Assembly: GCA_043825875.1 (NCBI GenBank)
Contig: JBDRRF010000051.1
Span: 96,001 to 160,000, forward strand
DNA length: 64,000 bases
Direction: 5' to 3'
Source: Pseudomonadota bacterium
GTDB lineage: Bacteria; Desulfobacterota; Desulfobacteria; Desulfobacterales; RPRI01
Shown here: positions 20,096-28,433 of the stretch, one piece after another
Layout of the letters: every line of letters begins with the position of its first letter
Position numbering within the stretch: position 1 is the stretch's first letter
Program-made: the position numbers and the translations under genes
Notes under the pieces: generated by a model
The model's input: the letters and a program-made list of their open reading frames with translations, nothing else
Database searches by the model: none
What the model was told of the DNA's origin: nothing

Positions 20096-20137
20096 GTTAA
20101 TTTTATTATCGTGGCAGCCCGAATGAAAAGATCTCAT

Positions 20138-20333
20138 GTATAACGTAGCAGAGACGAGAAAACAAAAAAATCAGTCGGAGCGTAACGACCGGTTGGGGAG
20201 GGTATTGGGATCAAACCTTGAATAGTTATTTTAGATATTTAATCACTATTCAACGGTTTGATCCCTTTCGTTTCCATTCGTTTACCCGCAAGCCGGGAGC
20301 GATGCGAGCAAGGTGTCTATACACTTGATAGAC
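20138..20333 (-). other. Long degenerate attC-like site
   Basis: Minus strand GTCTATC ... GTTATAC with strong internal hairpin at 20207-20265. Confidence 0.45.
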
Positions 20334-20344
20334 CTCTATTCTGT

Positions 20345-20662
20345 CTATTCCACAAGCTCAAATTCATAGTATTTTGAAAATCTAATCAATAATCGATTCG
20401 GATCGGCTGATAATTGGCCAAGATCCTTTCCTGTTAAATTGGAATGATCAAAAATGTCCACACTTCCTTTTAATTCACTACTGCATCCGCTTATAGCAAT
20501 TAATTTACCGAGTTTTTGATGTGCTCCCTGAGCTATAATTTTGGCTTTTTGTAGTGCTTTTTCGAAGGCTTCAGTTGAAAGTTTTTCAAGGTGAATATCC
20601 GAATTTTTCAGGCCAAAGAATATTGCACTGGTGCTTGAGTCATAATCAAAGGAAAACCTCAC
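20345..20662 (-). pseudogene. Probable C-terminal fragment of an SIMPL/DUF541-like protein
   Basis: EAFEKALQKAKIIA...LGKLIAIS...FEL pattern; N-terminus apparently missing. Confidence 0.4.
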
Positions 20663-20730
20663 CGGAACCCTTTGTTTCCATGTGTAGCATCATTATATTT
20701 TTCATAATTACATTAAGTTTTTTTAGCATG

Positions 20731-21282
20731 CTACCAGTTTTTAAGGTATGCTATTATCATATCTTTTTCTTCCTGTTCATCAAGCCATTGTTTGAATTCA
20801 TCAGCTTTTCCAAAAATTTCTTCGCCAATTCTTTTTTGAATGACCTGTTTTAGCGCCTCCTGGTTTTCTTCTTCTCTTATGTTTTTCTGCCAGCTACGTG
20901 TGAATATTTTGTTTATTTCATCATGCAGATTTTTCGATTTCAGTATTTTCCATTCGTTGTTGTCCAGCCAGAAACCGTTACAGCTTCCACAAAAGTCAAG
21001 TTTGAATGGGATTCCATGGCCCACTTTGTATTTGCTCATTATTCTTCCGCATTCAGGGCAGAGTTTTGCTTTCAGAATATCATCCGATCTCAACGTTATA
21101 TCGTACTCATCTTTTTCCTCGATTATTTCACCTTTGACTTCAAGCCATTCATGATAATCTCTTGAGCATATCCAATGCCCGCCACAATCATCGCAATAAT
21201 AGCCGATAAGTTTTTCCTCAAGTCTTTCCGTTTTCAACAGTACTTTCTTCTTTACGTCACATATCGGACACGACATTTTCAT
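20731..21282 (-). CDS. Zinc-ribbon (zf-TFIIB-like) protein, cassette gene
   Basis: CPIC, CDDCGGHW, CPEC, LDFCGSCNGFWLD. Confidence 0.8.
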   Translation of the reverse strand: MKMSCPICDVKKKVLLKTERLEEKLIGYYCDDCGGHWICSRDYHEWLEVKGEIIEEKDEYDITLRSDDILKAKLCPECGRIMSKYKVGHGIPFKLDFCGSCNGFWLDNNEWKILKSKNLHDEINKIFTRSWQKNIREEENQEALKQVIQKRIGEEIFGKADEFKQWLDEQEEKDMIIAYLKNW

Positions 21283-21337
21283 TTTAGTTACTCCTTGCTA
21301 AGTTTTTTCAAAGTTGATTAAAAACACATCTATCAAA

Positions 21338-21463
21338 TCAGAACATAAAGGTAAGAAGGGGCGGTTTAAAACCCGAAAAGCTGAATATTTAATGCAGCTT
21401 GCAAAAGTAATAGAGGTCAGTCACCGCAGTTAATAAGCTCCCTGCTCAAACTTTTGTTTAAGA
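21338..21463 (-). other. attC-like site (126 bp)
   Basis: Minus strand TCTTAAAC-aaaag...cttt-at-GTTCTGA; left core nearly complements the cassette start GTTAAGA. Confidence 0.6.
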
Positions 21464-22070
21464 ACTTATTTGTTTTTTCGAAGAAATCAGAGCACTCTCC
21501 TGGATGGGTTATTGCTAAAAGATGGCCTGCATCCTTTATCACTTCGCAATCACTTTTCGGACACGTAATTATGTGATCCTTTTTCCCATGAAGGCGGAAA
21601 ACATTATCTGCTGCCCCTCGATACCCAGGCCATGAGGAAACATATCTGCTCATAGAACGAATAAAGTCCGGGTCTGACTCCGAAAACATTTGGCTTACGA
21701 CATCATCAATTCTTCCAGACAGTGTCTGAATAAATGAAAGTGGTGTAATCGATGCTAACGGCGACAATAGGGATATCAGTCTTTTTATTTCTTTTTTGTG
21801 CAAAGCACTTCCCATTAACACCACTGCCTTCGCATTCAATATCATTGCGATTTCAAGGGCAATCATCCCGCCAAGAGACGAACCGCCAATAATATCATTC
21901 GAACTAATTTGATTTTCTGAGATTAATCGTTCTGCAACCTCTTTATAGGTGACTTCTTTCTGGTACTTCGGCCAGTTCAAGAAATTAACCTCGAAACTGA
22001 GATTTCTTCTCAGGGAATCGTACATCTCAGAAGATGCTCCCATCCCTGGCAATATATACCATTTAGTCAT
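21417..22070 (-). CDS. Alpha/beta hydrolase, cassette gene
   Basis: LPGMGA, GSSLGG nucleophile elbow, HGKKD, GH. Confidence 0.85.
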   Translation of the reverse strand: MTKWYILPGMGASSEMYDSLRRNLSFEVNFLNWPKYQKEVTYKEVAERLISENQISSNDIIGGSSLGGMIALEIAMILNAKAVVLMGSALHKKEIKRLISLLSPLASITPLSFIQTLSGRIDDVVSQMFSESDPDFIRSMSRYVSSWPGYRGAADNVFRLHGKKDHIITCPKSDCEVIKDAGHLLAITHPGECSDFFEKTNKFLNKSLSRELINCGD

Positions 22071-22082
22071 GGTCCGTCCGAC

Positions 22083-22144
22083 TCTTAACCGCTGCTCAGT
22101 GGTGGCGCGGTTTTTGCTTTAACCCTTGCAGTAGAAGGTTATAA
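22083..22144 (-). other. attC site (62 bp)
   Basis: Minus strand TTATAAC...GTTAAGA overlapping the stop of the upstream gene. Confidence 0.75.
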
Positions 22145-22543
22145 AGGTTTTATTACAATTTTACTTCTGATAGTATAATTAAATTGTTTTTCAAGATCAG
22201 ACCAATCCGATGGTTCACCATCAGATTGAATTGTTTCATAAGCTTTGAGCATGTATGTTTTGCTTTTATCAATTTTCAAATTTTCAAATACTGGTTCTAC
22301 AACAAGTGGTTCTTGAAGTATTTTACTGTTTATTTCGAAAATTTTTAAATAATAATCAGAGTGGGAAACGTTTTGTGCATAATATGAATTTGGCTTATCA
22401 ATAAATACGGCTTTTATTGTACAGATCTGACCGAACGGAATTCCGAGAATGCTTTTAATTGAGTCTTCAGCCAAACACATTTGGGATATCGATAAAATCA
22501 GAATGAATGGTATAAGTATTTTATTCATTTTATATTTCACCAA
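22139..22543 (-). CDS. Secreted hypothetical protein, cassette gene
   Basis: Signal-peptide-like N-terminus; fills the interval between two attC sites. Confidence 0.65.
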   Translation of the reverse strand: MVKYKMNKILIPFILILSISQMCLAEDSIKSILGIPFGQICTIKAVFIDKPNSYYAQNVSHSDYYLKIFEINSKILQEPLVVEPVFENLKIDKSKTYMLKAYETIQSDGEPSDWSDLEKQFNYTIRSKIVIKPL

Positions 22544-22551
22544 TTATTAAT

Positions 22552-22613
22552 TTATAACATGGTGTGCCAGGGGCGGTATGCCCCTCGCCGTCCCCTTGAC
22601 ACACTCGTTATGT
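22552..22613 (-). other. attC site (62 bp), best conserved
   Basis: Minus strand ACATAAC-gagtgtgtcaagggg...cccctggcacaccat-GTTATAA; imperfect palindrome with bulged bases. Confidence 0.88.
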
Positions 22614-22619
22614 GAAGAT

Positions 22620-22942
22620 TTATTTCATTAGGTCGTTAATTATATTTCCGATTGATAATAGAATGATTACCCCGAAAAATATAACTAAAATAATCTTAAG
22701 GCTCTTAGCACCTAAAAAACCGAAAAATTTATACTCAGCAAATGGGAATTCATTGCTACAATCCGGGCATATAGTTAACACTGCTTCCGATATCTCGTCT
22801 AAACCATTTCTTTTTTTAAAAATAGGCTCCGAGCTTTTCTTGTCCAAAATATGGAAAAAGGAAGATGGACCATCAATTTTATATTTAAATTTTTTTCAGC
22901 ATTAAATTGAAAAAGGCATTTATGGCATTTTATATACGACAT
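22620..22942 (-). pseudogene. Double-CxxC membrane protein with 1-nt frameshift in an A7 run, cassette gene
   Basis: ATG 22942 gives MSYIKCHKC; adding one A at 22890-22896 joins it to the frame with CPDC and a TM helix. Confidence 0.6.
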
Positions 22943-22964
22943 TGATATTCCATCTTATTAGTTG

Positions 22965-22987
22965 TCACATAACAAGTTATTGTACTG
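22965..22987 (-). other. attI-like simple site heading sub-array 2
   Basis: GTTATGTGA core without a hairpin; shares CATAACAAnnTATTGnACnG with 24607-24626. Confidence 0.5.
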
Positions 22988-23142
22988 ACCAGTATATCAT
23001 GCAAAATTGGATAATAAACTGCTAACAATATAATTCCGGATATTAAGAATATCGGAATACTTAATTTCAAACTTTAACAAATATCTTTCTGAGGAAGATA
23101 TTACTTTAGCCTCTCATAGTTTCTGCGAAAATAAAAAAACAA

Positions 23143-23178
23143 AAGCCCCGTGCTTCAATTGTCTGAAGATCGGGGCTT
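23143..23178 (-). terminator. Intrinsic terminator
   Basis: aagccccg...cggggctt stem followed by a T-run on the minus strand. Confidence 0.7.
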
Positions 23179-23439
23179 GATTGTATCCGGTCACATTAAA
23201 TCCTTTAGAGCGTGTAAAATAATTATATCAGATTATTAATTCCAGAAAATGCTAAAATAATACTATTTGTATAATGAGCAATAATGCATGAGTTTTGTTA
23301 ACACTTTGCATCAATTAATTCAATAAAAAAAGAGAAAGAAGAACACTGTATGGTTTATAGATTGATTTGAGCCAGTAATCTTCTCCCCTATCAGCAAGTA
23401 ATTTATCTTGTTTGCTTGATGCAGAAAATAACTGTGAGG

Positions 23440-23664
23440 TCAGGATTGTTCATCATCAGTAATATACTCCCACATTTTATTTTGATGTAACCAAATTGGA
23501 TCAGCATTCCTGCGGATGAATTCGTCTACATCCATACCATCTGTGGTTATCGGGCGCTTGACCTGCTTCTGCTTTCCATTTATGAATATGGTCATGTACT
23601 CTTTCCGATGGTGCTTTTTTTCAGTCTTTTCAGCAGCAGAGAGTTTTCGTTTTAGCTTTGCCAT
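23440..23664 (-). CDS. Small conserved hypothetical protein
   Basis: EYMTIFINGKQK...DGMDVDEFIRRNADPIWLHQN; protein-like composition, in array orientation. Confidence 0.65.
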   Translation of the reverse strand: MAKLKRKLSAAEKTEKKHHRKEYMTIFINGKQKQVKRPITTDGMDVDEFIRRNADPIWLHQNKMWEYITDDEQS

Positions 23665-23712
23665 GGTAGGAACCGCTTTATCTATCTTTCTATGCCAATT
23701 TGCGAGATGAGT

Positions 23713-23976
23713 TTACTTCTCAATAATCTTCCAGTACCTTATTCCTGGCTCTCCATTTTGACACTCAGGACACTTTCTCTCGTGCATGTCTGACCCGTTT
23801 GTTCCATAAACATTGCCGCAGTAAGTACATTCAGTCTTGTATGCATATTGCCCATGATCGGTTCCAGGAATTCCGCAATGGCCGCAACATTGCTGGCCAT
23901 TAGGATTGAGATAGCCAATTTCGACACTCTCGCCACTACCTTCCTGCCATTCAATATGAATATCGGTTTCGTTCAT
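23713..23976 (-). CDS. Small Cys-rich zinc-ribbon hypothetical protein
   Basis: GTDHGQY, CTYCG, GTNGSD, CPECQ; GGAGG RBS. Confidence 0.7.
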   Translation of the reverse strand: MNETDIHIEWQEGSGESVEIGYLNPNGQQCCGHCGIPGTDHGQYAYKTECTYCGNVYGTNGSDMHERKCPECQNGEPGIRYWKIIEK

Positions 23977-23995
23977 ACTTATTTATCCTCCCAAA

Positions 23996-24103
23996 GAGAC
24001 TATTGAAAAAGTCCCAAAACGGTTAATTCAGTTATTTTGTATTTTATAATATCAGACAATTAGAAATGTCAAAATCCAGATTTCAGACTTTTCCGACAGG
24101 CTC
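23996..24103. mobile_element. 108-bp MITE with imperfect 18-bp TIRs
   Basis: gagactattgaaaaagtc ... gacttttccgacaggctc (14/18 complementary); no ORF. Confidence 0.7.
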
Positions 24104-24157
24104 AACATGAAGTTCACCGGGGGGTGATAGCGAAACTACGCAACGAATTTGTTATGT
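24100..24157 (-). other. attC site (58 bp) of the RelE-antitoxin cassette
   Basis: Minus strand ACATAAC-aaattcgtt...gaacttcat-GTTGAGC overlapping the toxin stop codon. Confidence 0.75.
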
Positions 24158-24403
24158 TTTTTTATAGCTACCTTTACGATGCAGAACTCGACCAATTTCA
24201 ATCATATCTTTACCAACATCAAATAAAATTCTATAATCCCCAACTCTTGCTCTATAGGCAGGTTCAAAATTTGTTAATCTTTTCAGATTGCTGACATTAG
24301 GAAAGTTTTCCAGTTCCAGAATCTTATCGTGAATACGCTTCTTATCAGTTTCACCAATCTTTTTTAAATCTTTTATAGCGCTTTGTCTGATATTAATCTT
24401 CAT
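24152..24403 (-). CDS. RelE/ParE family toxin
   Basis: SAIKDLKKI, LKRLTN, YRARVGDYRILF, VLHRK. Confidence 0.88.
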   Translation of the reverse strand: MKINIRQSAIKDLKKIGETDKKRIHDKILELENFPNVSNLKRLTNFEPAYRARVGDYRILFDVGKDMIEIGRVLHRKGSYKKT

Positions 24404-24587
24404 TTTTTAAATACTCAGAAAACAGGATACTATCTTCCCCTCTTGTTACTGCTAAAAGTTTTAAATCTTCAATATCTTCCTGTGACACTATCTCAACACC
24501 TTCACTTTCTAAGTGTTTCAAGAACCATATTATCTTATCCCTTATCTCTTTATTCTTTATTGATATAGTAACTGTTTGCATTTTCAT
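24393..24587 (-). CDS. Cognate antitoxin, small acidic protein
   Basis: Overlaps toxin start; acidic C-terminus; ATG 24587 after GGAG. Confidence 0.7.
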   Translation of the reverse strand: MKMQTVTISIKNKEIRDKIIWFLKHLESEGVEIVSQEDIEDLKLLAVTRGEDSILFSEYLKNED

Positions 24588-24602
24588 TCTCCAAGTATTT
24601 TT

Positions 24603-24626
24603 AAAACATAACAATATATTGAACAG
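24603..24626 (-). other. attI-like simple site heading sub-array 1
   Basis: GTTATGTTTT core complementary over 10 bp to the attC core at 24151-24160. Confidence 0.55.
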
Positions 24627-25224
24627 TTTCCATTCAATACCGTGAAATTCCAAAAGTGTCGATATCAAAATTTAGTTATAATGATAAATATACTTGATAT
24701 AATTATATTATCAAACTTGCTCAATATTCAATTTGCGTTCTTAGGAGGAAACTGTTCAATACCGATATTTTCTTTTTTTGATTAGATTTGGTAATTTATT
24801 AACATGGTTTGCGTTTAAAATCTATTATTTTTATAGACATGTTCGATATGTCTATTAGGTGAAGCCCCCTGTTCGTCATTCCGATGAAGGATAGAAACCA
24901 GTAATTTCATTTGGTTCTGGATGCCGGAAGTTTTTGTCACTAAGTATTTCCCTAAATACACTTTCGTAAGGCCTCACAATTTTAACGAGGTTTTAGTTGA
25001 TATTCGCTGAGCAGGAAAACCAGCAATAATTGAAGTCAGATAGTAGAAAAACTTGCTTACACTAAAAATAATTGTATAATTATTATATTGCTAAGTGCCC
25101 GTCATGCACCTGATATAGAGAAGATTGTTCATGTGGCTAACAAAAGAGAGCCGGAACTGATATTATTGATGATTTTCATCGGCTTTCTGATAGACTGATA
25201 ATAAAGCAAAATGGGTGTTTCAAT

Positions 25225-27309
25225 ATGTACACATCGTTCTATAATCTATCTGCAAAGCCTTTTCAAATCAACACAGATCCCAGATTTCTTTGGCTTGGGG
25301 AAAAACACAAAGAAGCTTTGGCGGTCTTAAGGATTGGTTTAATAAACCAAAATGGTTTTCTGTTGCTAACAGGAGATGTTGGTACAGGCAAAACCACATT
25401 GGTCAATGCCTTATTAAAAAGTCTTGATAATAATGTTTTGGTTGCGAGTATCACCGACCCAAACCTCGACTTGATGGGCTTTCTCAATCATATCGCACGG
25501 TCTTTTAAAATCCCACAACGATTTGACAGAAAAGAAGACTTTCTCATTGATTTTAAAAATTTTTTAGAAAATACCTGCTTGAATAATGCTAAGCAGGTTT
25601 TACTAATCATTGATGAAGCTCATAAGTTATCAAAAGAGCTTTTAGAACAGGTTCGATTATTGTCGAACATTGAGATGCCGGAAAGAAAGCTTATCAACAT
25701 ATTTCTTGTTGGTCAAAATGAACTAAATCAAACGTTGATATCCAACAATTGTCGCGCCCTCCTGCAGCGAATCACCCAGAATTACAACATCAAGCCGTTA
25801 TCGGAGAATGAAACGCGGGAATACATCAAATACCGTTTAAAAGTAGCTGGAACGGAGTCGCACCTTTTCAGCTTAAAAGCCATCAATGAGATATACCGTT
25901 TTTCCGGCGGTTGTCCGCGTCTAATCAACACAATTTGTGATCGCGCTCTTTTAACAGGGTATGTGATGGGCCAAAAAATGATTACGCCAAACATCATTCT
26001 GGAATGCTCCAAGGAAGTCCTTCTACCTGGCGAAACGAAAATGCGTTCATTTTCCGATCTTTCGCAACCGTTAAGCCCAGAGAACCTGTCCTCATCCGTC
26101 GAGGAAGTCCTATTAACTGATGAAGCGGAATTAAGTCCATTTTCTGATCTTCCGCAACCATTAAGCCCAGAGAACCTGCCCTCATCCGTCGAGGAAGTCC
26201 AACTAACTGATGAAGCGGAATTGGGTTCATTTTCCGATCTTCCGCAACCATTAAGCCCAGAGAACCCGCCCTCACCTGTTGATGAAGTACTTCTACCTGA
26301 CGAAACGGAATATGGAAATATCGGCACTGTTTTTCAGCAAAACGGAAATATGGACCTTCCCTTAAAAGAGCCTGCAACTGTCTGTGAAGGCTTGAACACC
26401 GTAGGAAAAATTGAAGCTGAAGGCAGGTGGAACTCTGCTTTGAGACCTAAGATAAAGGAACTTATAAAAGGGGGTTTGACGGCGATTAACTTTTATGAAC
26501 CCAATAGAAGACGTTTGATATACGGGGTCATGGCTACCTCCTTAATCGTGCTTGCCACAGTCTTTTATTCACTTTTGTTTTCAGGATCAGACCATCAGGC
26601 GCCTATGCCACGCGAGCTTAACGATAGGGCACTGACTAAGGCCCTTCCTTCTGTTGCATCCGTCGGCAAACAGATGGTTGTCACCTCTCCCGAAAAGGAC
26701 ATTACGGCCAAGACCAATGGTGGAGCGAACCCTGGCAAACGATCTTCATTGGATCAGGCAAAGGTGGCGATAAAAGAAAATAAATTCAGTCGCGCAGGGG
26801 AACTTTTGGAAGAGGTCATGGCCCACCAAGAGGGCAATCAGCCAGAAATAAAAGCGCTGTATGTACAAGCATTAATAGGACAGGCGAGACTTCTGCCTGC
26901 CAAAGATACCGACCAAATTGAGAAACTACTTCGTAAAGCCGTTAAAAAAGATCCTCAAAATGCAATAGCATACTATGACCTTGGGAAGCTTTATGCTAAG
27001 AAGAAAGATTACCTCAAGGCCATCGAGGTTTACTCAAAGGCCGCTGAGCTAAATCCCGACTCGGCCAACACTTTATTTAATCTTGGCTTTAGCTATGCTG
27101 CTATCAAAAATTATGTGAATGCCGAAAAAATGTTTCTGCGTGTTAGTGAACTGAAACCCACCTATCTTGACAAAGCGATCTTTAATTTGGCTTTGGTCCA
27201 GTACAAGCAGGGTAAAAAGGAACAATGCCTTAAGAATCTTAAAAAGGCACTAGAAGTGAATCCTGCTAATCAAAGAGCGCGCAAATATTTGGAGCGGTTT
27301 TTAGCTTAA
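25225..27309 (+). CDS. ExeA/GspA-like AAA ATPase with repeat linker, TM helix and TPR domain
   Basis: MYTSFYNLSAKPF, GDVGTGKT, IIDEAH, GCPRLINTICDRALL; C-terminal TPRs. Confidence 0.85.
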   Translation: MYTSFYNLSAKPFQINTDPRFLWLGEKHKEALAVLRIGLINQNGFLLLTGDVGTGKTTLVNALLKSLDNNVLVASITDPNLDLMGFLNHIARSFKIPQRFDRKEDFLIDFKNFLENTCLNNAKQVLLIIDEAHKLSKELLEQVRLLSNIEMPERKLINIFLVGQNELNQTLISNNCRALLQRITQNYNIKPLSENETREYIKYRLKVAGTESHLFSLKAINEIYRFSGGCPRLINTICDRALLTGYVMGQKMITPNIILECSKEVLLPGETKMRSFSDLSQPLSPENLSSSVEEVLLTDEAELSPFSDLPQPLSPENLPSSVEEVQLTDEAELGSFSDLPQPLSPENPPSPVDEVLLPDETEYGNIGTVFQQNGNMDLPLKEPATVCEGLNTVGKIEAEGRWNSALRPKIKELIKGGLTAINFYEPNRRRLIYGVMATSLIVLATVFYSLLFSGSDHQAPMPRELNDRALTKALPSVASVGKQMVVTSPEKDITAKTNGGANPGKRSSLDQAKVAIKENKFSRAGELLEEVMAHQEGNQPEIKALYVQALIGQARLLPAKDTDQIEKLLRKAVKKDPQNAIAYYDLGKLYAKKKDYLKAIEVYSKAAELNPDSANTLFNLGFSYAAIKNYVNAEKMFLRVSELKPTYLDKAIFNLALVQYKQGKKEQCLKNLKKALEVNPANQRARKYLERFLA
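26046..26310 (+). repeat. About three tandem copies of a 90-bp (30-aa) unit
   Basis: FSDLPQPLSPENLPSSVEEVxLTDEAEL repeated. Confidence 0.92.
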
Positions 27310-27323
27310 TCAGGAGCAAAACA

Positions 27324-27947
27324 ATGAGACCGACCGGATTGAAAAGAATTATTAAGAAATTATTCCTCATCATACTCATATGGATGCTTACTGGCTGTGC
27401 TTCCTCGCAAAAGCCATATACACCGCTCCCACCTCCCGCTACGCCAATAGTCGAGCCTGAGTTCCCACCTCCGACGGCGCCAATAGTCGTGCCTGAGCCC
27501 GCATCAGAGATTTCAAAAAAAATTCCCGCATCAAAAAAACCTGAGTCCTATATGCACAAAGTTCGCTGGCCTGGAGAAACAATTTCTGTAATTGCTAAAT
27601 GGTATACCGGCAGCCAAAGAAACTGGAAGCTTATAGTAAAGGCAAATCCCGGTTGTGATCCAAAACGGATGCACATTGGCGATAAAATATTAATACCCGC
27701 GGAGATCATAGAGAATAGAGAACCAATGCCACAAAAATATTTGAGAACCTCAGTACCTAAAAGGGGTGAGTTCTCCTCTTCTCGGGCAAAACCTGCAACA
27801 AAATCCGATAAAACAAAAGCCCTTGACTCTCCCGAAAAAGACCAAGGGATAGAAGAATCAGAGAAAATAGAACTATTTGAGCTTCAAGACACAGAAAAGT
27901 CTGTACCGGAATCAGACGAAATCGAGCTATTTGAGACTATAGAATAG
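27324..27947 (+). CDS. LysM-domain lipoprotein
   Basis: Lipobox LTGC, Pro-rich linker, HKVRWPGETISVIAKWYTG...ANP...IGDKILIP. Confidence 0.8.
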   Translation: MRPTGLKRIIKKLFLIILIWMLTGCASSQKPYTPLPPPATPIVEPEFPPPTAPIVVPEPASEISKKIPASKKPESYMHKVRWPGETISVIAKWYTGSQRNWKLIVKANPGCDPKRMHIGDKILIPAEIIENREPMPQKYLRTSVPKRGEFSSSRAKPATKSDKTKALDSPEKDQGIEESEKIELFELQDTEKSVPESDEIELFETIE

Positions 27948-28087
27948 AAGAAGTAACGTACATCAATTTACTATTTTCAAAGCCGATATTTCTGATATCC
28001 TTTTCGATAATTACACACTTTGGTAATTGCAACATAAGGGAGATATGGGACATATTAAATTTACAAACTTAATTATCGAAAACAAAT

Positions 28088-28229
28088 GAGCCACTTTCAA
28101 AACGTTTCAGTTTGGTCAAGGTCAAGGCGGGTGAAATTTTTAACCGCAGGAATACATGGAGTATTCCGAGGATTAAAATTTTAACCCAACGCAGAGATCG
28201 GCCAAAATGGGACGTTTTGAAACTGGCTC
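28088..28229. repeat. 142-bp MITE-like palindromic element, copy 2
   Basis: Same TIRs and length as 13506-13647. Confidence 0.9.
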
Positions 28230-28400
28230 AAATAGTTGTTCTTTTTTGCATGTTTCCCGCCACGTATTTCAGCTTTGCTAACGGCTGTTAACGATAGATT
28301 CAGTCGGCGGGAAAGCGATTTCATTGTTACTCCTATCTCTCTGATTGCCCAATAGCAAAAAAGGCTGCGCACCTGAACAATTCCCCGGAACCTCCCGGCA
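28230..28400 (-). pseudogene. C-terminal HTH remnant of a RAYT-type (Y1) transposase
   Basis: RSLFCYWAIREIGVTMKSLSRRLNLSLTAVSKAEIRG; no catalytic N-terminus. Confidence 0.6.
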
Positions 28401-28433
28401 GCCTATACTTTCTCCTTTGAATATAGGTAATTC

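Noticed and set aside
19770..20126. 118-aa plus-strand ORF
   Set aside because: Antisense shadow of the higB frame
24627..25224. Integron integrase next to the array head
   Set aside because: No sizeable ORF or tyrosine recombinase motif on either strand
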